DNA of 56,881 nucleotides, taken from contig JABEVK010000066.1 in the NCBI GenBank assembly GCA_013044245.1, positions 1 through 56,881 of the forward strand. Direction: 5' to 3'. Each line of letters opens with the position of its first letter. The stretch's first letter is position 1. This document shows positions 1-9,341 of the stretch, one piece after another. Source of the stretch: Spirochaetales bacterium (GTDB lineage Bacteria; Spirochaetota; Spirochaetia; JABEVK01). Position numbers and translations under genes: made by a program. Below the pieces are notes generated by a model that ran no database searches, was not told the DNA's origin, and saw nothing but the letters and a program-made list of their open reading frames with translations.

Positions 1-219
1 AGCGTCGGTCACCTGAACGTTGACCGAGGTAATCGCGACATCGCTCATTAGCGATCGGCTGGCGGACTGCTGTGCACTGGTCACGCCGCCGGACACTGCA
101 ACGTTCACCGTCAGAGCCGTTTGAGCCGGTTTTACTGCATTGATCGCCACAGGACTTTGGCAGGCCGTGAGAATACCCACGAGTGCTGCGACAAAAACCA
201 CAAGAAAAGTTTTACTCAC
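1..219 (-). CDS. Ser/Thr/Val-rich putative lipoprotein, 5' part only (runs off the window edge; not in the ORF track)
   Basis: GTG at 219 with SD AAGGAG upstream. Translates MSKTFLVVFVAALVGILTACQSPVAINAV..., lipobox LTAC, open to position 1. Confidence 0.8.
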   Translation of the reverse strand, partial: MSKTFLVVFVAALVGILTACQSPVAINAVKPAQTALTVNVAVSGGVTSAQQSASRSLMSDVAITSVNVQVTDA

Positions 220-439
220 TGAGATCTCTCCTTTGAGATGCTAAAGGCCCGATGACGTAACCTGAGCAAGGTTTTTTTCATCAGCGTGCCTTTGATGATT
301 TTAATTTTAGTAAAAGTTGTTTCAGGTGATGAAATCGTAGATTGCTATAGAAACATTTACCTATTAACTTTAAGAAAATAATCCTCCCACTTTTCTTACC
401 TGTCAACCAAATTTTTGTACCTGGGTATTAGAACGGACC

Positions 440-468
440 TTGACAGGAACCCTCGCGGGGGCTATTTC
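440..468 (+). promoter_or_regulatory. sigma70-type promoter for the DUF134 gene
   Basis: TTGACA(440-445)-17 nt-TATTTC(463-468). Confidence 0.5.
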
Positions 469-497
469 AGAATCATATTCATTCAAAGGATGTTTTC

Positions 498-1121
498 ATG
501 TCGCGCCCACCTCAGGAACGGCGTTTAGCGGCCCCTATTCGTTCGCGCGTTTTTAAACCAGCCGAGCTTCCGGCGGGGAGTCTCGAAGAAGTTGTCTTAG
601 GGCAAGATGAAGCCGAGGCTTTGCGGTTAGCCGATTTAGAAGGTTTGTACCACGAAGCTGCTGCCCGCTCTATGGGGGTCTCGAGACCAACCTTTGGGAG
701 GGTGCTTGAAAACGCCCGTCGAAAAACCGCACAAGCCATTCTTGAAGGCAAGGTCCTCATCGTGGCGGGTGGCGAAGCCGAACCTAGCTCGAGCCTGGTG
801 GTAGAGCGCAGAAACGATTTTGTTGTTGCCGCCCCCGAGAATCAGGGACAAATTGAAGATCATTACGCTCAAAGCCGGCAATTTGCGATTTTTCATTGGG
901 ACAAAGAAAAACTTTGTCGTGAACCTGATTTTGTTACGCCAGGCGGAGTTTGTCGGCCAGGGATTGGTGCAGCCTTAGCGAAGCGGGGGGTAACTCACCT
1001 GGTTGCGAATCATATCGGTCCTGGTGCTGTGCGTATTTTGGCCTCGCACGGGATTACTGTCCGGCGAGGCGCCTCGGGGCCCTTAGAACCTGCGGTTCTT
1101 GAGCTATTCCCTACCGAGTAG
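498..1121 (+). CDS. DUF134 HTH protein fused to a NifB/NifX (FeMo-co biosynthesis-like) domain
   Basis: N-terminal SRPP..RR, FKP, EALRLADLEGLYHEAAARSMGVSRPTFGRVL..AR.K (DUF134). C-terminal HYAQSRQF...GVTHLVANHIGPGA..L...GI (NifX-like). Confidence 0.85.
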   Translation: MSRPPQERRLAAPIRSRVFKPAELPAGSLEEVVLGQDEAEALRLADLEGLYHEAAARSMGVSRPTFGRVLENARRKTAQAILEGKVLIVAGGEAEPSSSLVVERRNDFVVAAPENQGQIEDHYAQSRQFAIFHWDKEKLCREPDFVTPGGVCRPGIGAALAKRGVTHLVANHIGPGAVRILASHGITVRRGASGPLEPAVLELFPTE

Positions 1122-1155
1122 CTATTCCCTACCGAGTAGCTATTCCCTTCCGACT
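1102..1155. repeat. 18-bp tandem repeat x3 (AGCTATTCCCTACCGAGT x2 plus AGCTATTCCCTTCCGACT)
   Basis: Read directly. It spans the stop codons of both convergent genes. Confidence 0.95.
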
Positions 1156-2042
1156 AACCGGCGAGGGTAGACTGCCTCTGGTTCAAAGGCTGCTACAAAC
1201 TGCGTCACCGGCAAAAGCGATTTCCGGGTCGGCAATGTTGACGCTGAATGGGGACTTGAGTTTGAAGCTGAATGTTGCAGAAAAGGCCACAACGAAACAG
1301 AGGCTTCTTCGACTTTTTGCGGCTGGTCGTCCACCCAAAACGCGTGAAGAACGGCTCCATGGCGAGGCTGATAGGTGCCTTCTCCCGTGCGGAGGCCAGC
1401 CTTAAACTGCCCCTGATACCAAGCCCCACCCCGCCAATGGTAGACTCCATGGCCTTCAGGCTTTCCCTGCAGGAACTGGCCCACAAAGGTATCGCCATTG
1501 CGAAAAAACATAAAACCCTTGCCCTGAGGTCGACCGTCCACAAGGGGCCCCTGATACCAGCCTTTGACATAGGGTACACGGTAGATTTTTCCAGGGATTT
1601 CCCAAACAGTTCCCTGCGGCCAGCTCAAGCGACGGGCAAACAACACTCTTGTTTTCCAGTAATGCTCAGAAAGACTACTAAGAACCACACCTCGTGGCCA
1701 CCCCTCAGACACAGCATGCAAAAGCGTGTCATTCCCCAGGTACAGCGCCACGTGTGAGACCTCTCGGTAACGCCCTGTCGCAAAAAAAATCAGGTCCCCG
1801 GGTTGAATTTGCTTCAGCGGAACCTTGTGACCCAAACGTGCCTGTTCCCAAGCCGAGGTGGGTAAGTTCGGAATGAGACGATGATACACGGCCCAAACTA
1901 ACCCACTACAGTCTAGGCCGTTTTCGTGCCTCCCACCCAACCGATACGGGCTTCCTAAAAGAGCTGAACCGTGGCCAAAAAGAGCATCAGCAATGGTCGT
2001 TGAAAGGCTAAAAAGGGGTGCTAAAGGAAAAACTATCAGCAA
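1140..2042 (-). CDS. NlpC/P60 (C40) peptidoglycan peptidase with MORN repeats
   Basis: [29 protein letters not shown], followed by YxGxFxxGxxxGxG MORN repeats. Start uncertain. Confidence 0.85.
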   Translation of the reverse strand: MLIVFPLAPLFSLSTTIADALFGHGSALLGSPYRLGGRHENGLDCSGLVWAVYHRLIPNLPTSAWEQARLGHKVPLKQIQPGDLIFFATGRYREVSHVALYLGNDTLLHAVSEGWPRGVVLSSLSEHYWKTRVLFARRLSWPQGTVWEIPGKIYRVPYVKGWYQGPLVDGRPQGKGFMFFRNGDTFVGQFLQGKPEGHGVYHWRGGAWYQGQFKAGLRTGEGTYQPRHGAVLHAFWVDDQPQKVEEASVSLWPFLQHSASNSSPHSASTLPTRKSLLPVTQFVAAFEPEAVYPRRLVGRE

Positions 2043-2129
2043 AAAGAACAGGATGGCCCGCCCTCCTGTGAACGGACGGTGAACCTCGTTAGCTTGCTCA
2101 AATGCCCAAAAAGGCGTTACATTTACCCC

Positions 2130-3971
2130 ATGAAAGTCCCCTTACGCAGTTCGACCAATACGCTCGGCCGTATGATGGCAGGAGCCCGGGCGCTTTGGCA
2201 AGCCAACGGTATGACAAAAGAGCAATTTGGCAAACCCATCATTGCCATTGCCAACAGCTTTACCCAGTTTGTGCCCGGCCACGCCCATCTTCACGACATC
2301 GGCCAGAAAATGAAAAAGATCGTCGAAAGTCGCGGCTGTTTTGCCGCTGAGTTCAACACCATAGCCATCGACGACGGTATTGCCATGGGCCATGATGGTA
2401 TGCTGTACAGCCTTCCTAGCCGAGACCTGATCGCCGATAGCGTTGAATATATGGTCAACGCCCACTGCGCTGATGCGCTTATCTGCATTTCTAATTGTGA
2501 CAAGATCACCCCCGGTATGCTGATGGCAGCCCTCCGGCTCAACATCCCTACCATTTTTGTCTCCGGCGGTCCCATGGAAGCGGGTCGTGTCGGCGACAAA
2601 AAATATGATTTGATTGACGCCATGGTCATGTCGGCTGACAGCGCCGTGGATGACGCCACGCTTGAAGCTGTCGAAAATAATGCTTGTCCCACCTGCGGCT
2701 CTTGCTCAGGAATGTTCACCGCCAACAGCATGAACTGCCTCAATGAAGCTTTGGGCCTGGCCCTACCGGGGAACGGAACCGTGGTCGCTACCCACGCTGA
2801 GCGGTTGTCCTTGTTTGAAAAAGCCGCACACCGAATCGTCGATGTAGCGCTAGAATATTATCAGACGGGCAATGAACGCCTGTTGCCCCGAGGAATCGCC
2901 ACAAAAGCAGCCTTCATGAACGCCATGAGCCTCGATATCGCCATGGGCGGAAGCACGAACACCGTCTTACACCTGTTGGCGATTGCCCGTGAAGGCGAAG
3001 TGGATTTTTCCATGAAGGACATCGACGCCCTCTCTCGGCGGGTTCCCTGTGTTTGTAAAGTTGCTCCGAACACCCCCGACTACCATATCGAAGATGTGCA
3101 CCGCGCGGGCGGCATCATGAGAATTTTAGGTGAGCTAGCGCGAGGCGGCTTACTCGATACCAGCGTTGCCCGTATCGATAGCCCATCGCTGGCCGAGGCC
3201 CTCAAGGCATGGGACATCGGTGCCGAAAGCTCAACCGCCGAAGCCAAAAGCTTTTACACGGCGGCACCCGGTGGCCGGAGAAACCTGGTTATGGGCAGCC
3301 AAAGTGCTCGGTTCAAAGAACTGGACTTGGATCGTGTTCAAGGGTGTATTCGATCGGTAGAACATGCCTACTACCCAGATGGTGGCCTAGCTGTTCTTTT
3401 TGGCAACATCGCCGAACGCGGCTCGATCGTCAAAACCGCCGGTGTTGATAAAAGCATCTTTGAGTTCACCGGAAAAGCTGTCGTTTTTGAAAGTCAAGAA
3501 GATGCCACTCAGGGCATTCTTTCTGGAAAAGTCCAAGCCGGTGACGTCGTCGTGATCCGGTATGAAGGGCCCAAGGGGGGACCAGGTATGCAAGAAATGC
3601 TGTACCCCACTAGCTACCTGAAAAGCCGCCACTTGGGTAAAGAATGCGCCCTCTTGACCGATGGACGCTTCTCGGGTGGTACCAGCGGTCTTTCTATTGG
3701 CCACGTTAGTCCCGAAGCGGCCGCCGGTGGTGGCATTGCCTTAATTCGTGACGGCGACCAGATTGAAATCTCGATTCCTCGCCGACTGCTTCAGGTCAAA
3801 GTTTCGGCCGAAGAACTTCAACGCCGTCGTGCCGAAGAAGAAGCCCGCGGAGACCAAGCGTGGAAGCCTCGCCAACGTCAACGCAAAGTAACAAGGGCGC
3901 TTCAAGCCTATGCCCTCTTCGCTCAAAGCGCGGACGAGGGGGCGATCCGCCGACTTCCTTCCGAAAGCTAG
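2130..3971 (+). CDS. ilvD: dihydroxy-acid dehydratase
   Basis: [64 protein letters not shown] 2130 preferred over 2079. Confidence 0.97.
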   Translation: MKVPLRSSTNTLGRMMAGARALWQANGMTKEQFGKPIIAIANSFTQFVPGHAHLHDIGQKMKKIVESRGCFAAEFNTIAIDDGIAMGHDGMLYSLPSRDLIADSVEYMVNAHCADALICISNCDKITPGMLMAALRLNIPTIFVSGGPMEAGRVGDKKYDLIDAMVMSADSAVDDATLEAVENNACPTCGSCSGMFTANSMNCLNEALGLALPGNGTVVATHAERLSLFEKAAHRIVDVALEYYQTGNERLLPRGIATKAAFMNAMSLDIAMGGSTNTVLHLLAIAREGEVDFSMKDIDALSRRVPCVCKVAPNTPDYHIEDVHRAGGIMRILGELARGGLLDTSVARIDSPSLAEALKAWDIGAESSTAEAKSFYTAAPGGRRNLVMGSQSARFKELDLDRVQGCIRSVEHAYYPDGGLAVLFGNIAERGSIVKTAGVDKSIFEFTGKAVVFESQEDATQGILSGKVQAGDVVVIRYEGPKGGPGMQEMLYPTSYLKSRHLGKECALLTDGRFSGGTSGLSIGHVSPEAAAGGGIALIRDGDQIEISIPRRLLQVKVSAEELQRRRAEEEARGDQAWKPRQRQRKVTRALQAYALFAQSADEGAIRRLPSES

Positions 3972-4028
3972 CAAAAAGGGGTCTTGTAATTACCGATCAG
4001 GGGGGCGAAACTACTGTTGGAGCCTTGT

Positions 4029-4952
4029 ATGTCTGCCGAAGCCGTCCCCCAGATTCTTGTTCCGTTATGCCCTGCCAACCCGCTTCAACCCGGTCAAGAC
4101 ATTATTGTTTACCTCCGCCCCGAATCGAATGGCATTTTAACCGAAAGCGTTTTGTTCAAAGTGCTTTCAAACCCGCAATGGAAAGAAAAACTCACTCTGT
4201 CGTACCTCGCCAACTTACCTGGTGAGTTTATTTTGCGGCACCGTATTGTCGAACATCATTATGCTGTTCGGCTCGATTTCGCCGCTCGTGGCCGTTCCGC
4301 CTTTACACCATCGATGCGGTCAGCTTTGGAACGCTTTTTTGGCATTCCCTTTGATAAAGCACAAATTTTAGGTGCTTTCGAGGCGCTCCAGTTGCTACGC
4401 TTGTCCGCGGAAGAGCTGTTTCAATTGTGGGTACCGGTCTACGATATTTTGGAAATTGAGGGACAACTGGTCAAACGCCTTCACGACAATGTCTTTGTGA
4501 TTAACTATGACATACCCGCGCTCTTGCATAAGAACCACGCAGGCACCGACGTTGCTGTGATGCTTTTTCGAACAACTCTCGACTACGATGGCTTTAGACC
4601 CTTAATTGAGCGAATTCGCGACAATCTCATTCAAGCCAATATGCTCGACCCCACAAAAACAGAACGCCGCGTTTTTCACTATTCCAAGGGCCCTTTTGAA
4701 CAACTTCTGGACGGCCTAGGCTACCTTTGGAAGTCTGCGACTGAAAGGGCTTCGCTAGCTGATTTGCAATTTGCCCAGTTTTTGCATGCCAAAGGATGTA
4801 CCGACGAACAAATCCTTCGTTACTTGACTCACCCTATTGGTGTGTTAGAAACAGGGGAAAGACGACTTGAGCAGAACCTCTTTTCGTTCACCTTGTTTGA
4901 TTCGTATGAAGAGGCCTGGCGAAAAACTCTTAACTTTTCACAGGACTTTTGA
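4029..4952 (+). CDS. hypothetical protein, possible nucleoside-diphosphate-kinase-like fold
   Basis: Long ORF. IVYLRPES, EHHY and VFHYSKGPFE resemble NDK landmarks (inference). Confidence 0.7.
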   Translation: MSAEAVPQILVPLCPANPLQPGQDIIVYLRPESNGILTESVLFKVLSNPQWKEKLTLSYLANLPGEFILRHRIVEHHYAVRLDFAARGRSAFTPSMRSALERFFGIPFDKAQILGAFEALQLLRLSAEELFQLWVPVYDILEIEGQLVKRLHDNVFVINYDIPALLHKNHAGTDVAVMLFRTTLDYDGFRPLIERIRDNLIQANMLDPTKTERRVFHYSKGPFEQLLDGLGYLWKSATERASLADLQFAQFLHAKGCTDEQILRYLTHPIGVLETGERRLEQNLFSFTLFDSYEEAWRKTLNFSQDF

Positions 4953-4991
4953 GGACAACTTTGCTTTCTTCAGGATTTTCTTTCCCAGCCA

Positions 4992-5020
4992 TTGTATATT
5001 TTGCTTTCTTTCCTTATGAT
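4992..5020 (+). promoter_or_regulatory. sigma70-type promoter for the GH63-like gene
   Basis: TTGTAT-17 nt-TATGAT. Confidence 0.5.
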
Positions 5021-5059
5021 TATGTGTTACGATTGCTGAAATTTTTGAGGGAATGACGG

Positions 5060-6496
5060 GTGAACGCCAACAAGAAAGAACCGCCTAGCATACATTATTA
5101 CGACCAAGACTTTGTGGATATCTACGACAAAAGCTGGGCATGGATCAAAGATTTTTGGCAAAAAGGCGGCGCCCAAAGCGCTTTTCAAAAAGCCTTTTTT
5201 CAATACCCGCAAAGCCCTGTCGTCGAGCAGTTCGAAGCTTGCATGTCGAGCTTCTTCCTAGTCTACAGCAACGGCGTGTACAACCCGCTGACAGCTTTGG
5301 ATAACTTTTACGCACTCCAGGAACCTAACGGGGCAATTCGCTCCCAATACGACTTGGAAACGAGTCAAGTCATCGAGGATCCAGAAAACCCCGAGGGAGT
5401 TCAGCCCCCGCTTTTTGCTTGGGTGGAATACAACCTTTATCATAAGCTGGGGTTGAAACGCCGTGTCAAAGATGTTGTCCCGATTCTTGAAAAACATTTT
5501 CTGTGGCTAGAAGAAAATTTTAAGCAAGAAAATGGTCTTTATTCCGTTCCTTTAACCGCGACAAGGATGACCAATAGTCCCCGCGAAAAAGCCTTTTATC
5601 CGGTAGACTTCAACGCGCAACAGGCGATGAACGCTCTGTATATTTCGGCTCTAGGTGATATTCTGAACGATAAAGATCTCAGTTTCCGCTATAAAAAAGC
5701 CTATTACTCACTCAAAACCCGGATCAATTCTCAGATGTGGAATGACGACGACGGGTTCTATTATGACCTCGACGCCTCGGGCCAACGACTAAACGTCCGC
5801 ACTATCGCCGCATTTTGGACGCTACTCGCAGAAATTCCCCACGAAGACCGCGCCGAACGCTTGATTGTTTATCTACAAAATGACAAAGAATTCGCTTCTC
5901 CTAATCCCTTTCCGTCACTTTCAATGTCAGATCCGCTTTTTGATCCTGCCGGCAACGGCTACCGAGGTTCGGTGTTCCCGTATTTGACGTTTATGATTAT
6001 CAAGGGTCTGGAAAAGTATGGAAAATACGAACTCGCACGAGAGTCGTCCATCAAACATATCTACTACATTCTCGATACTCTTCATCCCGACGCAAAGGGT
6101 ACACACGAAAAAGGCAACTTGTGGGAAGCGTACCGTCCCACCTCTGACGGTCCTGCCGTTTGGGAAGGGCAACCTGATTTTAATCGCCCTCATGACATGG
6201 CGCAGTCGGGCCTTAGCTCCATCACCTTGATGATTGAAAACGTAGTGGGCCTGTATATCAGTCTGCCCCGAAAGACGGTCGACTGGATCGTCCCAACCCT
6301 CGAACTAATGGGGATAGAAAATCTCTCCCTCAAACGCAATTTCATTACCATCTTGAGTAATAAAAGCGGTCGAGGGTGGGAAATCCGTTTGGAATCGGAA
6401 AAATTATACTACTTTACCATCAACATCCTTGGTAAGAAAAAGAAAACCCTTCCGATTCCTTCGGGAAAATGTTCTATGCTCTTAGAAAAACTTTAA
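5060..6496 (+). CDS. MGH1/GH63-like (alpha/alpha)6 glycoside hydrolase-family protein
   Basis: QPPLFAW, NSPR, PVDFNA, MWNDDDGFYYD, YRGSVFP, WEAY. Confidence 0.8.
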   Translation: MNANKKEPPSIHYYDQDFVDIYDKSWAWIKDFWQKGGAQSAFQKAFFQYPQSPVVEQFEACMSSFFLVYSNGVYNPLTALDNFYALQEPNGAIRSQYDLETSQVIEDPENPEGVQPPLFAWVEYNLYHKLGLKRRVKDVVPILEKHFLWLEENFKQENGLYSVPLTATRMTNSPREKAFYPVDFNAQQAMNALYISALGDILNDKDLSFRYKKAYYSLKTRINSQMWNDDDGFYYDLDASGQRLNVRTIAAFWTLLAEIPHEDRAERLIVYLQNDKEFASPNPFPSLSMSDPLFDPAGNGYRGSVFPYLTFMIIKGLEKYGKYELARESSIKHIYYILDTLHPDAKGTHEKGNLWEAYRPTSDGPAVWEGQPDFNRPHDMAQSGLSSITLMIENVVGLYISLPRKTVDWIVPTLELMGIENLSLKRNFITILSNKSGRGWEIRLESEKLYYFTINILGKKKKTLPIPSGKCSMLLEKL

Positions 6497-7476
6497 TTTC
6501 TCGGATCATCTAGGTAAGGAAAAACAAGTTTCCCCGACGGTGATAAGTGATCTTTCATGGGGCCGTTCAACTCATAATTGGCTTGCAAAGCTGCTGATCC
6601 TTCGGCGACGGTTGATAACGACCAGTTGCACCACGAAATGCGATGCTGATTCAAAAAGTTCATCCAGGCCTTGAACCGATTGGGGTGGATAGCTCCTTTT
6701 CCTGAACTGTCTGTGGTACCAATCTCGGTGACAATAAGGGGGACTTTCTTCAGGGCTGCCAAGGCTTGAGCCTGGAGTTCTGCGCCTTTGTCCATATACA
6801 CATGAAACACATACATCACCTGTGAATCTGGTAGGGGGTCCTCAAGCACATCTTGCGGTTGTGTACTCCAATTGGGCGTACCGACCAGGACTATCCGTTG
6901 GGGATCCACTGCCCTGATCGCGGCCAGGACCTGAACCGCATACGGCCGAATATCGCCCTTCCAGGAGACTCGAGAACCATTGGGTTCATTACAAATTTCA
7001 AAAAGCAAGTGTCCGTCGCCGCGATATCGCTTAGCCATTTCTGAAAAAAAAGCACTAGCTTCTTTAACATACGTCATGGGGTCGCCATCATAAAGAATAT
7101 GCCAATCCAAAATGGCATACATTCCCGCTTTTTCGGTATTGGCAATAACTTTTTCGACAAGGTGTTTTAACGTAGGGTTGACCGTGCCTTTCTCCGGGTC
7201 AACAACATAGCCAGCCTGATTCGAGTCAGTATACATGGCGATTCTTAAGACATCGGCATGCCAGACCTGTGAAAGTTCCTTCGTTTGGGGCACGCCAAAC
7301 AACCAATCGAACCCAGCAATGTTGTACGTGCTAAAACCCCGCAACTGGATGGGCTCCCCCCGTTGATCGACCAACTGCCGATTTTCAACATGAAGCGTCC
7401 CCCAGCGGCCGAAGGCGCCAGAAGAACACGACAGAAGCAATAAGCATAATCCACTTAACGCCAGTAAAAGTTTCAT
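6493..7476 (-). CDS. GH5 endoglucanase/cellulase, lipoprotein
   Basis: Lipobox LLSC; IQLRGFST, ILDWH, EICNEP (acid/base), FHVY, VTEIG (nucleophile), SWCNWSL. Confidence 0.9.
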   Translation of the reverse strand: MKLLLALSGLCLLLLSCSSGAFGRWGTLHVENRQLVDQRGEPIQLRGFSTYNIAGFDWLFGVPQTKELSQVWHADVLRIAMYTDSNQAGYVVDPEKGTVNPTLKHLVEKVIANTEKAGMYAILDWHILYDGDPMTYVKEASAFFSEMAKRYRGDGHLLFEICNEPNGSRVSWKGDIRPYAVQVLAAIRAVDPQRIVLVGTPNWSTQPQDVLEDPLPDSQVMYVFHVYMDKGAELQAQALAALKKVPLIVTEIGTTDSSGKGAIHPNRFKAWMNFLNQHRISWCNWSLSTVAEGSAALQANYELNGPMKDHLSPSGKLVFPYLDDPRN

Positions 7477-7621
7477 TTTCAAGTCTCTCCCCCTTACGCA
7501 ATCGATTATCCAGGGCAAAGTGCGCTGTTGTAAAGGTGCAAATAAGACAGTGATTGGTTTTCGCCAGGATTACGTCTATTTCTGGCCAGCTTTGAGTCTC
7601 GTTCAAGACGCGAAGGTGATT

Positions 7622-8455
7622 TCAAATTTTCGCGTTTTTGGTTACACGGTGCAACCGACCGGCACCCCGGCTGATAACCCAATCCACAACGTCAGGTAGC
7701 CAGGCTTGCAAAAGCGCCAAAAGCTTGCCCAAAAATGTTGAAACAGCCTTCTTTTTTTTGTGCTGTGCTGCCCATAACACAAAACGAGCAGCCTCTTGTT
7801 GCTTCATCTTCCAGGGTCGTTGGTAAGTAGTGGTACTTCCGTCTGCTTGCAAAAGCGTTTTTTGTGGGTCATTTTCAACAAAACCTAAATATGCCACCCC
7901 GGCTGTGACCGTTTTCCATTCGGCACGAAGTCCCTGACTCAGCGCGGTTAACGACATTTTGGCCGCCGAGTAGGGAACAACGTTGGCAAATCCCCTCAAG
8001 CCGGCCTGGCTAGATACAAATTCCACATGCCCACCGGAAGCCCTAAGCGCGGCCCCCGCCTCTCGGGTTAACCAATAGGCTGCCAAAAAGTTGACCTCTA
8101 TAACCTGGCGGACTACCTCGGGAACTGTCTGCTCAACAGACCCCCGCATCGAAAGTCCTGCGTTATGAACCAAAAGATTTAAGTGTCCCCAGGTTTCAAG
8201 TGTGTGTGCTACGAGGAGTGCCGCCTCCTGGGGGTTTGTCAGGTCAGCGGCAAAGAACGACATCTGACCTTCGGGAAATTCTTGCCTGAGCCGCTTTTCG
8301 GCCTCGGTAAGGCTTTCGGTTTGGCGTGCCGTGATGACCACGCATGCGCCTAGGGGCAATAGACAACGAGCCATTTGCAACCCAATACCCCGGCTACTTC
8401 CCGTGATCAACACCACCCTCGAATGCCAAAAACGAGCCGTCAACGGGGATTTCAC
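7622..8455 (-). CDS. SDR family NAD(P)-dependent oxidoreductase
   Basis: TGSSRGIG, HNAG, YSAAK. Confidence 0.9.
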   Translation of the reverse strand: MKSPLTARFWHSRVVLITGSSRGIGLQMARCLLPLGACVVITARQTESLTEAEKRLRQEFPEGQMSFFAADLTNPQEAALLVAHTLETWGHLNLLVHNAGLSMRGSVEQTVPEVVRQVIEVNFLAAYWLTREAGAALRASGGHVEFVSSQAGLRGFANVVPYSAAKMSLTALSQGLRAEWKTVTAGVAYLGFVENDPQKTLLQADGSTTTYQRPWKMKQQEAARFVLWAAQHKKKKAVSTFLGKLLALLQAWLPDVVDWVISRGAGRLHRVTKNAKI

Positions 8456-8458
8456 GGG

Positions 8459-9331
8459 TCAAACCTTAGACAGGATAAAGGTGCGGCCGCCATAGACAAA
8501 CACGTTTTTTTCTAAATACAGCCGAAGCGCCTCAAAGAGTACTCGTCGTTCGACATCTTTTCCCAGCTGGACAAACTCGGCAATCGACAGAGAATCCTCT
8601 ACCCTGGCGACATCTTGGCAGATGATCGGCCCCTGGTCTAAATCTTCATTGGCGAAGTGTGCCGTTGCCCCTATAATCTTTACCCCTTTATGCCAGGCCT
8701 GATGATAAGGCTTGGCCCCCATAAAAGCGGGTAAAAAGCCATGGTGAATGTTGATGATACGAAACGACCACCGGCGTGTGAATTCGGGGCTAAGGATTTG
8801 CATATAACGAGCAAGAACTACGGTTGTAATGCCATGATCCTCTAAAATTTTTTGAACTTGGTCTTCGTAGGCGGCTTTTCCTTTCGCCGCTTCCACCCAA
8901 AAGAAAGGAATCTGAAACTGTTGTGCGACAGGTCGCAAATCGGCATGGTTAGAAATAATTACAGGAAATTCACAACGCAACTGCCCATCTTGATGCTTAA
9001 GCAGCAGCTCATACAGACAATGGCTCGTTTTACTCACCAAAATGGCGACACGCTCTTTGCGTGCCCTATCATAGAGTTCCCAAGTCATTCGGTATTTCTG
9101 AACCAGGGGCAAAAAGGACTGCTGAAATTGCTCTTGAGAAAAGGGCGGCTCACCACGAAAAACCGCTCTCAGCATGAAAAGCCCAATGTCTCCCGCAGAC
9201 TGCTGACTCAGGCTTAAAATATTTCCGCCATTTTCAGCGATGCAATGAGTGACCGCGGCAATAATGCCCTTCTGGTCAGGGCAACTCACCGTTAATGCGT
9301 ATTCCGATAAAGGGGGTTCACAGACGTCCAT
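8459..9331 (-). CDS. purU: formyltetrahydrofolate deformylase
   Basis: ACT domain CPDQKGIIA; LARYMQILS, INIHHGFLPAFMGAKPYHQA, GVKIIGATAH, LDQGPII. Confidence 0.95.
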   Translation of the reverse strand: MDVCEPPLSEYALTVSCPDQKGIIAAVTHCIAENGGNILSLSQQSAGDIGLFMLRAVFRGEPPFSQEQFQQSFLPLVQKYRMTWELYDRARKERVAILVSKTSHCLYELLLKHQDGQLRCEFPVIISNHADLRPVAQQFQIPFFWVEAAKGKAAYEDQVQKILEDHGITTVVLARYMQILSPEFTRRWSFRIINIHHGFLPAFMGAKPYHQAWHKGVKIIGATAHFANEDLDQGPIICQDVARVEDSLSIAEFVQLGKDVERRVLFEALRLYLEKNVFVYGGRTFILSKV

Positions 9332-9341
9332 GGTTGTCAGC

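Noticed and set aside
243-293. CTGATGA in the leader hairpin suggested a hammerhead ribozyme
   Set aside because: No GAAA follows the putative stem II and the three-stem junction cannot be built.
498-1121. NifX-like domain as evidence of nitrogen fixation
   Set aside because: No nif genes are present, and this domain is widespread in non-diazotrophs.
1102-1155. Direct repeats as a mini CRISPR array
   Set aside because: The units are 18 bp, contiguous and have no spacers; no cas genes are present.
2079-2129. Longer ORF-track N-termini (ilvD 2079, purU 9433, cdd 9848, hydF 30885, ung 40751, dnaA 49127, gyrB 49373)
   Set aside because: The extensions overlap neighbouring genes or promoters; downstream starts fit the family N-termini and the SD or -10 signals better.
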